64,000 bases of DNA from assembly GCA_043806135.1 (NCBI GenBank), contig JAZDHG010000016.1, positions 42,110 through 106,109 of the forward strand, read 5' to 3'. This stretch comes from Candidatus Omnitrophota bacterium (lineage in GTDB: Bacteria > Omnitrophota > Gorgyraeia > B26-G9). The notes beneath the pieces were generated by a model. The model saw only the letters and a list, made by a program, of their open reading frames with translations. It was not told the origin of the DNA and searched no databases. Of the stretch, positions 19,477 to 29,329 are shown in pieces (position 1 is the first letter of the stretch; each line of letters opens with the position of its first letter). Both the position numbers and the translations under genes were made by a program.

Positions 19477-20886
19477 TTGGCTAAACAGACGATAAGCATT
19501 GATCCGATCACACGTATTGAAGGGCATCTTAAGATAGAGGTTGACGTAGAAGATAAAAAGGTGGTTGATGCGCGTTCAATCGGAACACTCTGGCGGGGTT
19601 TTGAGGTTATTTTAAAAGGCAGAGATCCGCGTGATGCTCAGATGATCACACAGCGTATATGCGGTGTTTGCTCTATAAGCCATGCGATAGCTGCTGCGCT
19701 TACTCTTGAGGCGGCCTTTAATGTTATGCCTCCTTCCAACGGGCGCATTGTGAGGAATTTGATCTTAGGAGGCAATTATATCCAATCACATATTCTGCAT
19801 TTCTATCATTTGGCGGCATTAGATTATGTTATCGGTCCTGATTTGGCCCCGTTTATCCCCCGCTACGCAGGAGATTACCGTGTGAGCAAACAATTGAATG
19901 ACTCTGTCGTAGAGCACTATGTCCAGGCGCTGGATATGCGTTTAAAAGCGCAGGAGCTTACTGCTTTATGGTCAGGGAAAGTGCCTATGGCGCAATCTAT
20001 CACTCCGGGCGGAGTTTCTCAAAAAGTCAGCGTTGACAGGATTGCTTCCACTTTATGGAGGATACGGCAGCTTAAGGAGTTTATCAATAATGTATATATT
20101 CCTGACGTGCTGGCAGTAGCGGATGCCTATAAGGATTATGCCGGCTTAGGCGTCGGATATAAAAATTTTTTATCTTACGGAGTTTTCGCTCAAGACGATA
20201 AGCGCAGCGGATTCCTTTTTAAGCCGGGACGTTATACAAGTGAAATTGATCTGGATATCAACGCAGAAAAAATCACGGAAGATGTTAGTCATGCCTGGTA
20301 CAAAGAAGAAACTCCACGGCATCCTTCTCGCGGAAAAACTGACCCGGAGATGGGAAAAGCCGGTGCATATTCATGGGTAAAGGCACCGCGCTACGATAAT
20401 ATCCCCCATGAAGTAGGTCCTCTGGCAAGGATGTGGATCAGCGGAGATTACCGCAAAGGCGCTTCTTTTCTGGACAGACACGTATCCCGCGCTCTTGAGA
20501 CAAAAAAAATTGCTGAGGCTATGGAGAAATGGGTTTTACAGCTTAAGCCCCAAGAGCCTGTGTTTGAGCCTTTTGAATTGCCTGTATCTTCTGAAGGAGC
20601 GGGCATGACCGAGGCTCCGCGCGGTGCTCTGGGGCATTGGATAAGGATTGAAAATAAAAAAATTGCCAATTATCAGGCAGTTGTGCCGACCACGTGGAAT
20701 TGTTCACCGCGTGATGCGGATTTGCAGCGCGGACCTTTAGAGCAGGCCTTGATCGGCTGTCCGGTGCCTGATGTGGATAATCCTCTGAATATTGTGCGTA
20801 TCGTGCGTTCATTTGATCCCTGTCTTGCTTGTGCTGTGCATCTGACCAAGCCGAACGGGCAGATGAAAAAATTTAGAGTTTGCTAA
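19477..20886 (+). CDS. [NiFe] hydrogenase large subunit
   Basis: The N-terminal RICGVCSISH and C-terminal DPCLACAVH Ni-Fe ligand motifs are both present. A short C-terminal extension after the His is the expected substrate of the maturation protease. Confidence 0.9.
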   Translation: MAKQTISIDPITRIEGHLKIEVDVEDKKVVDARSIGTLWRGFEVILKGRDPRDAQMITQRICGVCSISHAIAAALTLEAAFNVMPPSNGRIVRNLILGGNYIQSHILHFYHLAALDYVIGPDLAPFIPRYAGDYRVSKQLNDSVVEHYVQALDMRLKAQELTALWSGKVPMAQSITPGGVSQKVSVDRIASTLWRIRQLKEFINNVYIPDVLAVADAYKDYAGLGVGYKNFLSYGVFAQDDKRSGFLFKPGRYTSEIDLDINAEKITEDVSHAWYKEETPRHPSRGKTDPEMGKAGAYSWVKAPRYDNIPHEVGPLARMWISGDYRKGASFLDRHVSRALETKKIAEAMEKWVLQLKPQEPVFEPFELPVSSEGAGMTEAPRGALGHWIRIENKKIANYQAVVPTTWNCSPRDADLQRGPLEQALIGCPVPDVDNPLNIVRIVRSFDPCLACAVHLTKPNGQMKKFRVC

Positions 20887-21039
20887 CAAAACAGCGATTA
20901 GCGTATAGCGGTTATGGATTAGGGGAAAAACAAAGCAGAAGATAAAAAATACAATTAATTGTTTTAGTTTATGATTTTTGATTTATTTAGTGTTTAGAGT
21001 TTTAGTTAATAGGGTTGACTGTTACAGGGCAAGAGAGAA

Positions 21040-21516
21040 TTGGGGGTTATTTTGTCAGGACGAAAAATTACGGTGTTGGGTATCGGGAATCTTCTACTTA
21101 AAGATGAGGGGGTAGGCATACATGCTATCAATGCTTTGAAGAAAGAAATGCTTCCTAAGAATGTAGAACTTGTAGACGGAGGAGTAGCCGGATTTGACCT
21201 TTTACCAATAGTTGAGAGTTGCGATAAACTGATTGTTATCGATGCGATCAAGACATCGGATGCTCCGGGTACAATATATAAATTTGACCCGCAGCATATA
21301 GATATTCAAAAGGACGCAAATATTTCTTTGCATGATATGGATTTTTTTCAGGTTTTGGAATTCGCAAAAAAACATAAAAGATTGCCTTTAACGCAAATGA
21401 TTGCTGTTGTGCCCAAAGAAATCGAAGCGGGCATGGATTTGACGCCTGAGCTACAAGAAAAGATACCGGAAATAGTTGCGCTGATAAAAGAGGAAATAAA
21501 TTCTAAAGCTGTTTAA
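21040..21516 (+). CDS. Hydrogenase maturation endopeptidase (HyaD/HybD family)
   Basis: 158 aa with VLGIGNLLLKDEGVGIHAI and a D/H metal-site pattern typical of HybD/HycI. Confidence 0.8.
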   Translation: MGVILSGRKITVLGIGNLLLKDEGVGIHAINALKKEMLPKNVELVDGGVAGFDLLPIVESCDKLIVIDAIKTSDAPGTIYKFDPQHIDIQKDANISLHDMDFFQVLEFAKKHKRLPLTQMIAVVPKEIEAGMDLTPELQEKIPEIVALIKEEINSKAV

Positions 21517-21537
21517 AAATGTATTTCAACTAGGGGA

Positions 21538-22203
21538 GTGAATGAAGTCAAGTCCCCAGGGGGTTTTATTTTTTATTTGCGGATGCCTCGGGTTGATCGT
21601 ATAATATGTCTGGTATTTGCGCAGCAAACAGATACGGCTGCAGATAGGACGCTGGAAAATCAAGAGGCTTTGCCAACCAGGACAACAGACTCAACCGGAC
21701 AAATGATAATGCCGGTTGAACCAGGGCAAGCAACATCTTCGCAGACAATAGTTGTAGCTGAACCGCAGGCAGAACCTGCCGGGCAAATGGTCGTTCCGGT
21801 TATGCTAACTCCTCCGGCAGAACAGGTTGAAAAACCAGCTGTTGAGGAAGTAATACCTTATGCAGGGGCTGATACATGTAAGCCTTGTCATCCTAAGCAA
21901 TACGAAAACCAGAATGAGCTTAATTTTTCTAAGTCTTGGAAAATACTGAAGATGCGCAAAGAGGAAAATAAGCCCCAGTGCATTAAATGCTATGCTGCAG
22001 GAGCAGGCAGGCCTGGCGGGTTTATTTCAGCAGAAAGAACGCCTCATTTGACGGACAAACAATGTGAAGTCTGCTACGGCCCAGGAGACAGACATGTGAA
22101 AAATCCGGCAGAGCGGCAGAGGCTAAAGAGTTCCGTAAAAGAAAAAAATATTTGTCTTGAATGTCATCTTTGCATGACAACGCACAGGACGGTAAGGTTC
22201 TGA
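21538..22203 (+). CDS. Putative c-type cytochrome-like protein (2 CxxCH plus 2 CxxCY motifs, Pro/Ala/Gln-rich linker). The start codon is uncertain.
   Basis: The C-terminal half contains CKPCH, CIKCY, CEVCYGPGDRH and CLECH, and the gene sits immediately downstream of the hydrogenase genes. The N-terminus annotated by the ORF track does not look like a clean signal peptide. Confidence 0.4.
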   Translation: MNEVKSPGGFIFYLRMPRVDRIICLVFAQQTDTAADRTLENQEALPTRTTDSTGQMIMPVEPGQATSSQTIVVAEPQAEPAGQMVVPVMLTPPAEQVEKPAVEEVIPYAGADTCKPCHPKQYENQNELNFSKSWKILKMRKEENKPQCIKCYAAGAGRPGGFISAERTPHLTDKQCEVCYGPGDRHVKNPAERQRLKSSVKEKNICLECHLCMTTHRTVRF

Positions 22204-22513
22204 TCCATAGTATATTTTTTCTTGACAAAAAATACGATTAATGTTAATTTATTAACTTAATAAGAAATAAACTCGTTATATTTTCGAGGTTATTTAATAT
22301 AAGTGATATTCATCATATCTGATTTTAATTTGGGCAAAAAAAGGGGGTGGTGGATCAACAGCCGCCGGAAGTTATAAGCATATGATGATAATGGAGCGCA
22401 TAGAGAAAATAATCTAGGCAGCTATAGTTAAAAAGAAAAACCAGGCTATAGACCTAGTTAAATAAATTCAGGGTTTAACAATTGGTTTAAGTCAAAATAG
22501 GAGGGATCATAAT

Positions 22514-23824
22514 ATGAAGCGTATGTTAATTGTGTTGTTAGCATTGAGCATGGTTGCGGTTATTGCAATGCCTGCCTTTGCTGAAGTGCAGAACATCAAG
22601 GTAACAGGATCTGTTCTTGTTAGAGGATTTCATCGTGATAATTATAGTACAACAGGGTCTGGCGCCGCCCGTGCTTTGACTGGTTTTACAGAAACAGGGT
22701 CAAGTGACTGGTACAATACTCAGACAAAAATAGGCGTGGCCGCGGATCTTACGGATAATGTTGGCGCCGCAGTTGTGCTTGGCAATGAAAGAGATTGGGC
22801 GGCTGCAGTTGGAACTAATGAAGGAACCACAGTGAACTTAAGAAGCTCTTATATCACTATAAAGGAAATGCTCTATTCTCCGCTGACAGTGAAAATCGGA
22901 AGAATGCCTGTAAAAGTTGCTGACGGCTTAGTCGTCGGCGATGGGACTACCGGAGAAACTGTCATGGCTTCAGATTATGCTGACAGCAAGGAATACGACG
23001 CGATTGTGGGTGTGTTGGATTATGATCCGTTAACCTTAGTTCTTGGAACAGCAAAAACAGCAGAAAGGCTTCAAAATGCCGGTGATGATGCTGATTTGTA
23101 TTTAATTGATGCTATCTACAAATTTGGCGATGACATGAACACTGTGCTTGACGCCTATTACTGCCAGGCGCACTATAGCTCACCAGGAGCTGCAAATAGT
23201 GCTGGTTGGACAAATTCAAGTACAACCGGTGTTGATATCAATATATTAGCAGCCATGGTTACCTTGGAACCAAAGGAAAGATTGACCGCAAAAATCGGTA
23301 TTGCTTTACAAAAGGGCGATTACATTAAGAATACTACGACCTCAAGAGATCTTGATGCTATGGCATATGATCTCGGGTTAAATTATGCTCTGGAAAATGA
23401 ATATTCACCAGTAGTGGGTTTAAAATATGTGTATCGTTCTGGCATGGAAGATGCAACTACAGCTGCCGGCGATTACGAAGGCTGGTTAGCCTTAACGGAA
23501 GATCAGACCAATGGTGTCATCTATGACCCGAACACAAATATCAGCGCGATTGCTCTAAGTGCAACCGCAGCTCCCGCAGACAGAGTTACGGTAGGAGTGG
23601 AATACTGGTTGTATAGCTTAGCTCAGTCGCAGAATGCAGTAACAAGTACTACTTCCACAGATAAAGAAGCCGGGACAGAACTTGACTTAATGGCGAAATA
23701 TGCTTACACAGAAGACGTAAGTATCGGTCTTAACCTGGCATGGTTCTGGCCGGGAGATTACTATGTAGGCGGTAATGACGAAACAGCAATGCAGGCTATG
23801 CTTGAACTTGGTGTAAAGTTTTAA
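22514..23824 (+). CDS. Outer-membrane porin-like beta-barrel protein
   Basis: Signal peptide (MKRMLIVLLALSMVAVIAMPAFA). The mature sequence is rich in alternating amphipathic beta strands and Gly/Thr/Asp, and it ends with a C-terminal Phe (GVKF). Confidence 0.7.
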   Translation: MKRMLIVLLALSMVAVIAMPAFAEVQNIKVTGSVLVRGFHRDNYSTTGSGAARALTGFTETGSSDWYNTQTKIGVAADLTDNVGAAVVLGNERDWAAAVGTNEGTTVNLRSSYITIKEMLYSPLTVKIGRMPVKVADGLVVGDGTTGETVMASDYADSKEYDAIVGVLDYDPLTLVLGTAKTAERLQNAGDDADLYLIDAIYKFGDDMNTVLDAYYCQAHYSSPGAANSAGWTNSSTTGVDINILAAMVTLEPKERLTAKIGIALQKGDYIKNTTTSRDLDAMAYDLGLNYALENEYSPVVGLKYVYRSGMEDATTAAGDYEGWLALTEDQTNGVIYDPNTNISAIALSATAAPADRVTVGVEYWLYSLAQSQNAVTSTTSTDKEAGTELDLMAKYAYTEDVSIGLNLAWFWPGDYYVGGNDETAMQAMLELGVKF

Positions 23825-23841
23825 ACTGATTTGAAATATAA

Positions 23842-23876
23842 GCCCTCGCCGGTTTCTCCGGCGGGGGCTTTTTTAT
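23842..23876 (+). terminator. Rho-independent terminator after the porin gene
   Basis: A GCCCTCGCCGG / CCGGCGGGGGC stem is followed by TTTTTT. Confidence 0.7.
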
Positions 23877-23957
23877 GCCTGTTACAAGCAGTACTCTGTA
23901 TAACCGGAAAATTCCGTTTTGCGTTAGTGAAAAATAATTTTAGTAAAAACATTTTTT

Positions 23958-23992
23958 GGTTCTTTCTTGTTTAAGTTGTAACGAAAGAACCT
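23958..23992. repeat. MITE-like palindromic hairpin repeat, copy 2 of 4
   Basis: GGTTCTTTCTTGTTTAAGTTGTAACGAAAGAACC followed by CTGATTGCACCGAT. Confidence 0.6.
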
Positions 23993-24309
23993 GATTGCAC
24001 CGATATACTATTTTTCCTAAAATGAAGGTTTAAGATTTAAGACTAGTCTTATAAGCAAAAAAGCGATAAGACGATGGATGAATTATAGGCTTATCCCGGA
24101 TATCCCGCCTTTTAGGTGAAATCTTCATCTGCATCTCCCCGTTTTGCCTAGGGTTAGCTTTGTAACTTCACAGAGAAAGGCCGGCTGATTAAATCGGGGA
24201 TAAGGTAAAGCGCATAAGTTCCTTTTGATAATATGCCTCCTGCTCTTGTTCCTGTTTTTTGATATATTTGTATCTTGAAAAACATTTTAATTTCTGCAGG
24301 ATTTTCTGC

Positions 24310-24338
24310 TTGACACTTTGTACTTTTTTAAGTATTAT
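24310..24338 (+). promoter_or_regulatory. Near-consensus sigma70-type promoter upstream of the chemotaxis operon
   Basis: TTGACA, a 17-nt spacer, then TATTAT, about 60 nt upstream of the MCP start codon. Confidence 0.5.
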
Positions 24339-24397
24339 AAAGAATAACATAACTTATTTTTTTGCAACTTGTTCAGCCAAAATAAAAGGGGGACGAA

Positions 24398-26104
24398 GTG
24401 TTTAAATTTTTGCCAAAAAATCTAGAGTTTAAGATTTTATCTTGGGTAGGGATAGCGTTGATTGTTATTTTGGGATTGATGTCAATAATTACGGTTGCAT
24501 TTCAACACAGCACTTCCCTTACGCAGGAACACAGGCTCTCTGGAACATTAGCCCGTAGTATTTTAAATGCTATCCGCTATCCTCTGCTCGGGGGAGACCA
24601 GAAAGTGGTGCAGAAAATTTTTAATTACCTGATCGATCAGGAAGAGATAGTTCATCTTTACCTGACAGACAATGATGGAAAAATTAAATGCAGTACCAAG
24701 AAAGAGAAAATCGGTAAATTTATCAATTTTAACGAAATTATTAAAAGGATCGAGACAAGCAAGGATAAGTGCTTACAGGAATCGACGGTCCTTAAGGGAG
24801 GAACTGCTCAGAAGGTTTTTAGTACATATATTCCTGTTTATAATGAGCCTGAATGTAATAGCTGTCATGGTAAAAACGATGAAGTTCTGGGAATATTAGG
24901 GGTAGATCTTAAAATGGATCTACTCTTGGCAGCGATGCGCGGAATCACATCCAGAGGGATTTTTCTCGCTGTACTTGGTACTCTTATCATAAGCTTCTTG
25001 ATCTTGGTATTGCTGCGCAAACTGGTTATCATCCCGGTAAAAAAACTGGTACAGGCAAGTGTGCCGGCAACCAAGGGGGATTTGACCCAGATCGTGGATA
25101 TCGATAGCGAAGATGAAATAGGTCTTCTCGGCCGCTCCTATAACACCATTATAAATAATGTTCATAATATGGTTTGCAGCATCAGAGATCTTGCTTCGAA
25201 AGTTTCCAGTTTCGCTCAAGAGATATCAACATCATCCAAGGAAATGAATGCTTCTACCCAGGAAATATCCGCGACTATTCAAAAGATTGCCAAAGGTGTT
25301 ACTACTCAGGCAAAAAGAGTTGAGGATACTTCCCGTTTAATGGAGGCCATGTCCAGTTCTGTACGCCGGGTTGCTGAGAATGCTCAGTTAGCTACAGCGG
25401 CATCTGAAAAATCACTTAGTCAGGCTGAAAGCGGCGGAATCGCTACACATGAGGCGGTAGAAAAGATGAATAAAATCACAACTACTGTTTCCAATGCGGC
25501 TGCTGTTGTTCAATCTTTGGGTGAAAAATCTCAACAGATCGGACAGATCACAGAGACGATCACAAATATTGCTGATCAGACAAATCTGCTTGCGCTTAAT
25601 GCCGCGATTGAGGCTGCGCGCGCAGGAGAGGCCGGGCGCGGTTTTGCGGTTGTTGCGGAAGAAGTTCGTAAGCTTGCAGAGGGATCGGCTGAAGCGGCAA
25701 GAAGGATAGGGGCGTTGATAAAAGGTATTCAGATTGAGACGCCTAAAGCGGTTAAGTCGATCGAAGCAGGGACCAAAGAGGTTAATGAAGGTGCCTTGAT
25801 CGTATCGAGAGTTTCTGATTCGTTGACTGAAATTATTGAAACAGCACAACTGGCAGCGTCAAAGGTTAAGGAAATCACTACTGCTACTGAGACGCAGCTT
25901 TCCAATTCAGAGAAGATTGTTAAAGCCGTGGATGAAGTTGCTGTAGTTGCCGAAGAATCTGCTTCGGCAACAGAGCAGGCATCAAGTTCCGCACAAGAAC
26001 AGACAGCTTCCATGGAAGAGTTGACGGCTTCAGCAGAAGAACTGGCGCGGTTGTCTCTGGATTTGCAGGGCTTTGTCGGCAAATTCAAATTAAAAGATAA
26101 GTAA
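24398..26104 (+). CDS. Methyl-accepting chemotaxis protein with a periplasmic sensor domain containing a CxxCH heme-c binding motif
   Basis: TM1 at residues 13-35, a periplasmic region of about 150 aa containing CNSCH, TM2, a HAMP domain, and the highly conserved MCP signalling domain ([32 protein letters not shown]). Confidence 0.85.
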   Translation: MFKFLPKNLEFKILSWVGIALIVILGLMSIITVAFQHSTSLTQEHRLSGTLARSILNAIRYPLLGGDQKVVQKIFNYLIDQEEIVHLYLTDNDGKIKCSTKKEKIGKFINFNEIIKRIETSKDKCLQESTVLKGGTAQKVFSTYIPVYNEPECNSCHGKNDEVLGILGVDLKMDLLLAAMRGITSRGIFLAVLGTLIISFLILVLLRKLVIIPVKKLVQASVPATKGDLTQIVDIDSEDEIGLLGRSYNTIINNVHNMVCSIRDLASKVSSFAQEISTSSKEMNASTQEISATIQKIAKGVTTQAKRVEDTSRLMEAMSSSVRRVAENAQLATAASEKSLSQAESGGIATHEAVEKMNKITTTVSNAAAVVQSLGEKSQQIGQITETITNIADQTNLLALNAAIEAARAGEAGRGFAVVAEEVRKLAEGSAEAARRIGALIKGIQIETPKAVKSIEAGTKEVNEGALIVSRVSDSLTEIIETAQLAASKVKEITTATETQLSNSEKIVKAVDEVAVVAEESASATEQASSSAQEQTASMEELTASAEELARLSLDLQGFVGKFKLKDK

Positions 26105-26196
26105 GCATTTTGGTTTTATGATTAATCTAAAGTAAATGGCGTTGGGAGTGTTAAATCACATGCCAGGGAACATCTGGATTTGAGGAGGTAGCGGAT

Positions 26197-26709
26197 ATGG
26201 CTGATAAGGGCAAGATAAAAGAAGAAGTTCAGTTGGTTGTTTTTAAGATCGGGGATGAAGAATTCGGAGTAGAAATCAATCAGGTAAGAGAAATTGTTAA
26301 GCTTGTTTCGATCACCCGGATGCCGAAGGCTCCTGTGTTTATTGAAGGGGTTGTGAACTTAAGAGGGCAGATAATCACGGTAATTGATCTTGCCAAAAGG
26401 CTTGATCTGCCTTCAACGGGCAGGACAGATTCTACGAGAATTATGGTTGTTGAAGTTGGGGAAGATACCGTAGGGATGATCGTTGATTCGGTTTCTGAAG
26501 TATTGCGGCTTTCTACGGATAATATAGAAGATACCCCTGCGCTTATTGAGACAGAGGTCCATGAAAAATACCTGAGAGGCGTGGGTAAAAGTGAAGATAG
26601 ATTGCTGATTTTGCTTGACTTAAACGAAGTGTTGAGCACGGACGAGATCAAGCATATTTCAAAGCATGTCGAAACAATGAAGGATAGTGTAAAAAAAGAA
26701 GAAAAATAA
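26197..26709 (+). CDS. cheW: Chemotaxis coupling protein CheW
   Basis: 170 aa with a CheW-like domain (FGVEINQVREIVKLVSITRMPKAPVFIEGVVNLRGQIITVIDL). Confidence 0.85.
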   Translation: MADKGKIKEEVQLVVFKIGDEEFGVEINQVREIVKLVSITRMPKAPVFIEGVVNLRGQIITVIDLAKRLDLPSTGRTDSTRIMVVEVGEDTVGMIVDSVSEVLRLSTDNIEDTPALIETEVHEKYLRGVGKSEDRLLILLDLNEVLSTDEIKHISKHVETMKDSVKKEEK

Positions 26710-26733
26710 ACAAGGAAAGGGAGGAGCAAGAAC

Positions 26734-27108
26734 ATGGGAGTAAAAGTTTTAGTTGTTGATGATGCTGTTTTTATGCGTAAAATGATTGGCGATATCCTTA
26801 AAAAAGAAGGATATGAGGTTGCCGGAGAAGCTGAGAACGGTAAAGAGGCTGTGGATAAGTATACAGAGCTTTCTCCGGACTTAGTGACTATGGATATAGT
26901 TATGCCCAAAGTGGGAGATATCGACGGGATCGGGGCAGTTAAGCAGATAATGCAAAAAGATGGAAAAGCTAAGATTCTTATGGTAAGCGCTATGGGACAG
27001 CATGCATTGGTTGTGGAGGCAATTCAAGCAGGAGCAAAAGATTTTGTAACTAAGCCGTTCCAGCCTTCACGCGTACTTGAAGCTGCAAAGCGTGTTTTGG
27101 AAAGCTAA
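26734..27108 (+). CDS. cheY: Chemotaxis response regulator CheY (stand-alone receiver)
   Basis: 124-aa REC domain with the acidic pocket (VLVVDD), a phospho-acceptor Asp in DIVMP, and a conserved Lys (KPF). Confidence 0.85.
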   Translation: MGVKVLVVDDAVFMRKMIGDILKKEGYEVAGEAENGKEAVDKYTELSPDLVTMDIVMPKVGDIDGIGAVKQIMQKDGKAKILMVSAMGQHALVVEAIQAGAKDFVTKPFQPSRVLEAAKRVLES

Positions 27109-27168
27109 TCTTAAAAACACCACTAAAATATTTTTTCTTTGTTTGTTTAAAACAGGGGTGTTTATAAT

Positions 27169-27780
27169 TTGTCAAAAGATAAAATTATTTTAACTGATAA
27201 GCAAAAAGATGTTTTAAAAGAGATGGCCAACATTTGCGCCGGGAACGCGGCGACGTCTTTGTCTCAATTGCTTAATAAAAGAATTGAGATGAATGTGCCG
27301 CATGTTGAGTTTATACCTGTTTCTTCTGTACCTGAGGCTGTTGGCGGTGCCGAAACATTGGTAGTTGGAGTTGTTTTTCAGGTTTTTGGTGATGCTCCCG
27401 GGGTAATTCTTCTTCTTTTCCCCCAGCAAGATGCTCATGTTCTTGCAGAAATACTTACCGGAAAGAACAATATTAACGGAATATTCACAGAAATGGATCA
27501 ATCGGCAATTAAGGAAGCTGGAAGCATCCTTTCTGGAGCATACTTGAATACGCTTACTGCATTCACCCAGTTGGGGCTGATACCTTCAACGCCGGGTATA
27601 GTAGTAGATATGGCTGGTGCATTGATAGATGATATTCTTATCGAGCTCGCTGCAGTTACCGAATATGCGTTATTGATCGATTCGGAATTTATTGATGCTG
27701 AGAAGAGCGTTAAAGGGCATTTCTTTTTACTACCCAATCCTGGAAGTTTAGAAGCAATTTTATCTGCAATCGGAGCATAA
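27169..27780 (+). CDS. cheC: CheC-family chemotaxis phosphatase
   Basis: EMANICAGNAATSLSQLL matches the CheC/CheX/FliY consensus, and cheD follows. Confidence 0.75.
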   Translation: MSKDKIILTDKQKDVLKEMANICAGNAATSLSQLLNKRIEMNVPHVEFIPVSSVPEAVGGAETLVVGVVFQVFGDAPGVILLLFPQQDAHVLAEILTGKNNINGIFTEMDQSAIKEAGSILSGAYLNTLTAFTQLGLIPSTPGIVVDMAGALIDDILIELAAVTEYALLIDSEFIDAEKSVKGHFFLLPNPGSLEAILSAIGA

Positions 27781-27781
27781 A

Positions 27782-28276
27782 ATGGATTATGAGACAAACG
27801 AATTTCATGTCGGAATGGCTGACTCGAAAAGCGCGAAAGCACCTACTGTCCTTACATCATTAGGTCTTGGTTCCTGTGTGGGAGTTGTCTTATATTATGC
27901 CCGAGAGAAAATAGGCGGACTTGCCCATATAATGCTGCCGGAAATTGAATTAGTAAAGAACAAATCTAACCGGGCAAAATTTGCCAATACGGCAATCCCG
28001 GATCTGTTGGAAAAAATGGAAGCCCTTGGTGCGGACAGGCGTTTTGTGAAAGCTAAAATTATGGGCGGTGCGCATATGTTTGGGTTTTCTAAAACAAATA
28101 AAATTTTTAATATAGGGGAACGTAATATTGAAAAAACCAGGGAAGTATTGCAATCATTGAATATTAGGATTGCCGCTGAAGATGTCGGCGGATCTCATGG
28201 CCGGTCGCTTTATTTTTACTTGGAGACAGGCGATGTAAGAGTAAGAACAATTGCTCATGGAGAGAGAACATTATGA
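27782..28276 (+). CDS. cheD: Chemoreceptor glutamine deamidase CheD
   Basis: 164 aa with the motif VGMADSKSAKAPTVLTSLGLGSCVGVVLY, a CheD signature that includes the catalytic Cys. Confidence 0.85.
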   Translation: MDYETNEFHVGMADSKSAKAPTVLTSLGLGSCVGVVLYYAREKIGGLAHIMLPEIELVKNKSNRAKFANTAIPDLLEKMEALGADRRFVKAKIMGGAHMFGFSKTNKIFNIGERNIEKTREVLQSLNIRIAAEDVGGSHGRSLYFYLETGDVRVRTIAHGERTL

Positions 28277-29316
28277 TTCGAGTCCTTATTGTTGATGACT
28301 CAGCTTTGATGCGCAGACGTATCAGCGATATTTTGAGTTTAGATAGCGAAATTGAGGTCCTGGATTGTGCAAAAACCGGGGCAGAAGCTATTAAAAAAGC
28401 CGTGAAAATGAAGCCGGATGTGATAACACTGGATCTGTCCATGCCGGATATCGATGGATTAACTGCGCTTACTTATATAATGACTGAGGTGCCGACACCG
28501 GTTGTTATTATCAGCGCGAACGCGTCTGCAGGCGGGGCCAACGCATTAAAGGCATTAGAGCTTGGAGCGGTAGAAATTGTGAATAAGCCAAGCGGCGAAA
28601 TATCGCTTGATATAGAAAACGTTGATCAGGAAATTGTACGTAAAGTAAAATCAGCCAGCAAGGTAGATGTTAAGAGAGTCAGGGCTGTTTTTAATATGTT
28701 TAAAAATATAGCGCCTGCCGTACAGCCCAAGGTGCCGGCTGGTTTAAATAAGATCGTAGCTATAGGGGCTTCTACCGGAGGTCCGAAAGCAATTAAAGAA
28801 ATACTTCCTTATTTTGCAGCGGACATTCCGGCGGCATTTTTGTTTGTGCAGCATATGCCGGCAGGGTTTACCCGTTCTATGGCGGAAAGATTAAACTGGC
28901 TGACAAAGATTGACGTAAAAGAAGCTGAAGAAGGTGATATAATCCAGGCCGGGCACGGATATATCGCACCGGGTGATTTTCATATGGTTGTGGAAATGCA
29001 TAATAATAATGCGGTTATACGTCTAAACACAGGTCCGAAAGTTAACAGAGTTCGCCCTTCAATATCTGTAATGATGGATTCTGTGGTTAAGATCTTTGGA
29101 GCAAAGACAATAGGCGTTTTACTTACAGGGATGGGGCAGGACGGCGTGTCGGGCATGAGAAATATTAAAAATGCGGGGGGATTAACATTGGCTGAGGATA
29201 AATCCAGCTGTGTTGTCTATGGGATGCCGCGGGTAGCGATAGAAGAAGGAATTGTAGATAAGGTTTTACCTATATCGCATATGGGCCTTGAAATAATGAA
29301 GCATATTAAGATATAA
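28273..29316 (+). CDS. cheB: Chemotaxis protein-glutamate methylesterase CheB (REC + methylesterase)
   Basis: 347 aa with an N-terminal REC domain and a CheB catalytic domain (GASTGGP, HMPAGFTRS). Translationally coupled to cheD. Confidence 0.88.
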   Translation: MIRVLIVDDSALMRRRISDILSLDSEIEVLDCAKTGAEAIKKAVKMKPDVITLDLSMPDIDGLTALTYIMTEVPTPVVIISANASAGGANALKALELGAVEIVNKPSGEISLDIENVDQEIVRKVKSASKVDVKRVRAVFNMFKNIAPAVQPKVPAGLNKIVAIGASTGGPKAIKEILPYFAADIPAAFLFVQHMPAGFTRSMAERLNWLTKIDVKEAEEGDIIQAGHGYIAPGDFHMVVEMHNNNAVIRLNTGPKVNRVRPSISVMMDSVVKIFGAKTIGVLLTGMGQDGVSGMRNIKNAGGLTLAEDKSSCVVYGMPRVAIEEGIVDKVLPISHMGLEIMKHIKI

Positions 29317-29329
29317 AAGGATTTAACAA

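Noticed and set aside
22222-22250. Sigma70 promoter (TTGACA ... TAATTT) upstream of the porin gene
   Set aside because: The -10 hexamer is poor and the element lies about 260 nt from the start codon, so I did not list it as a feature.
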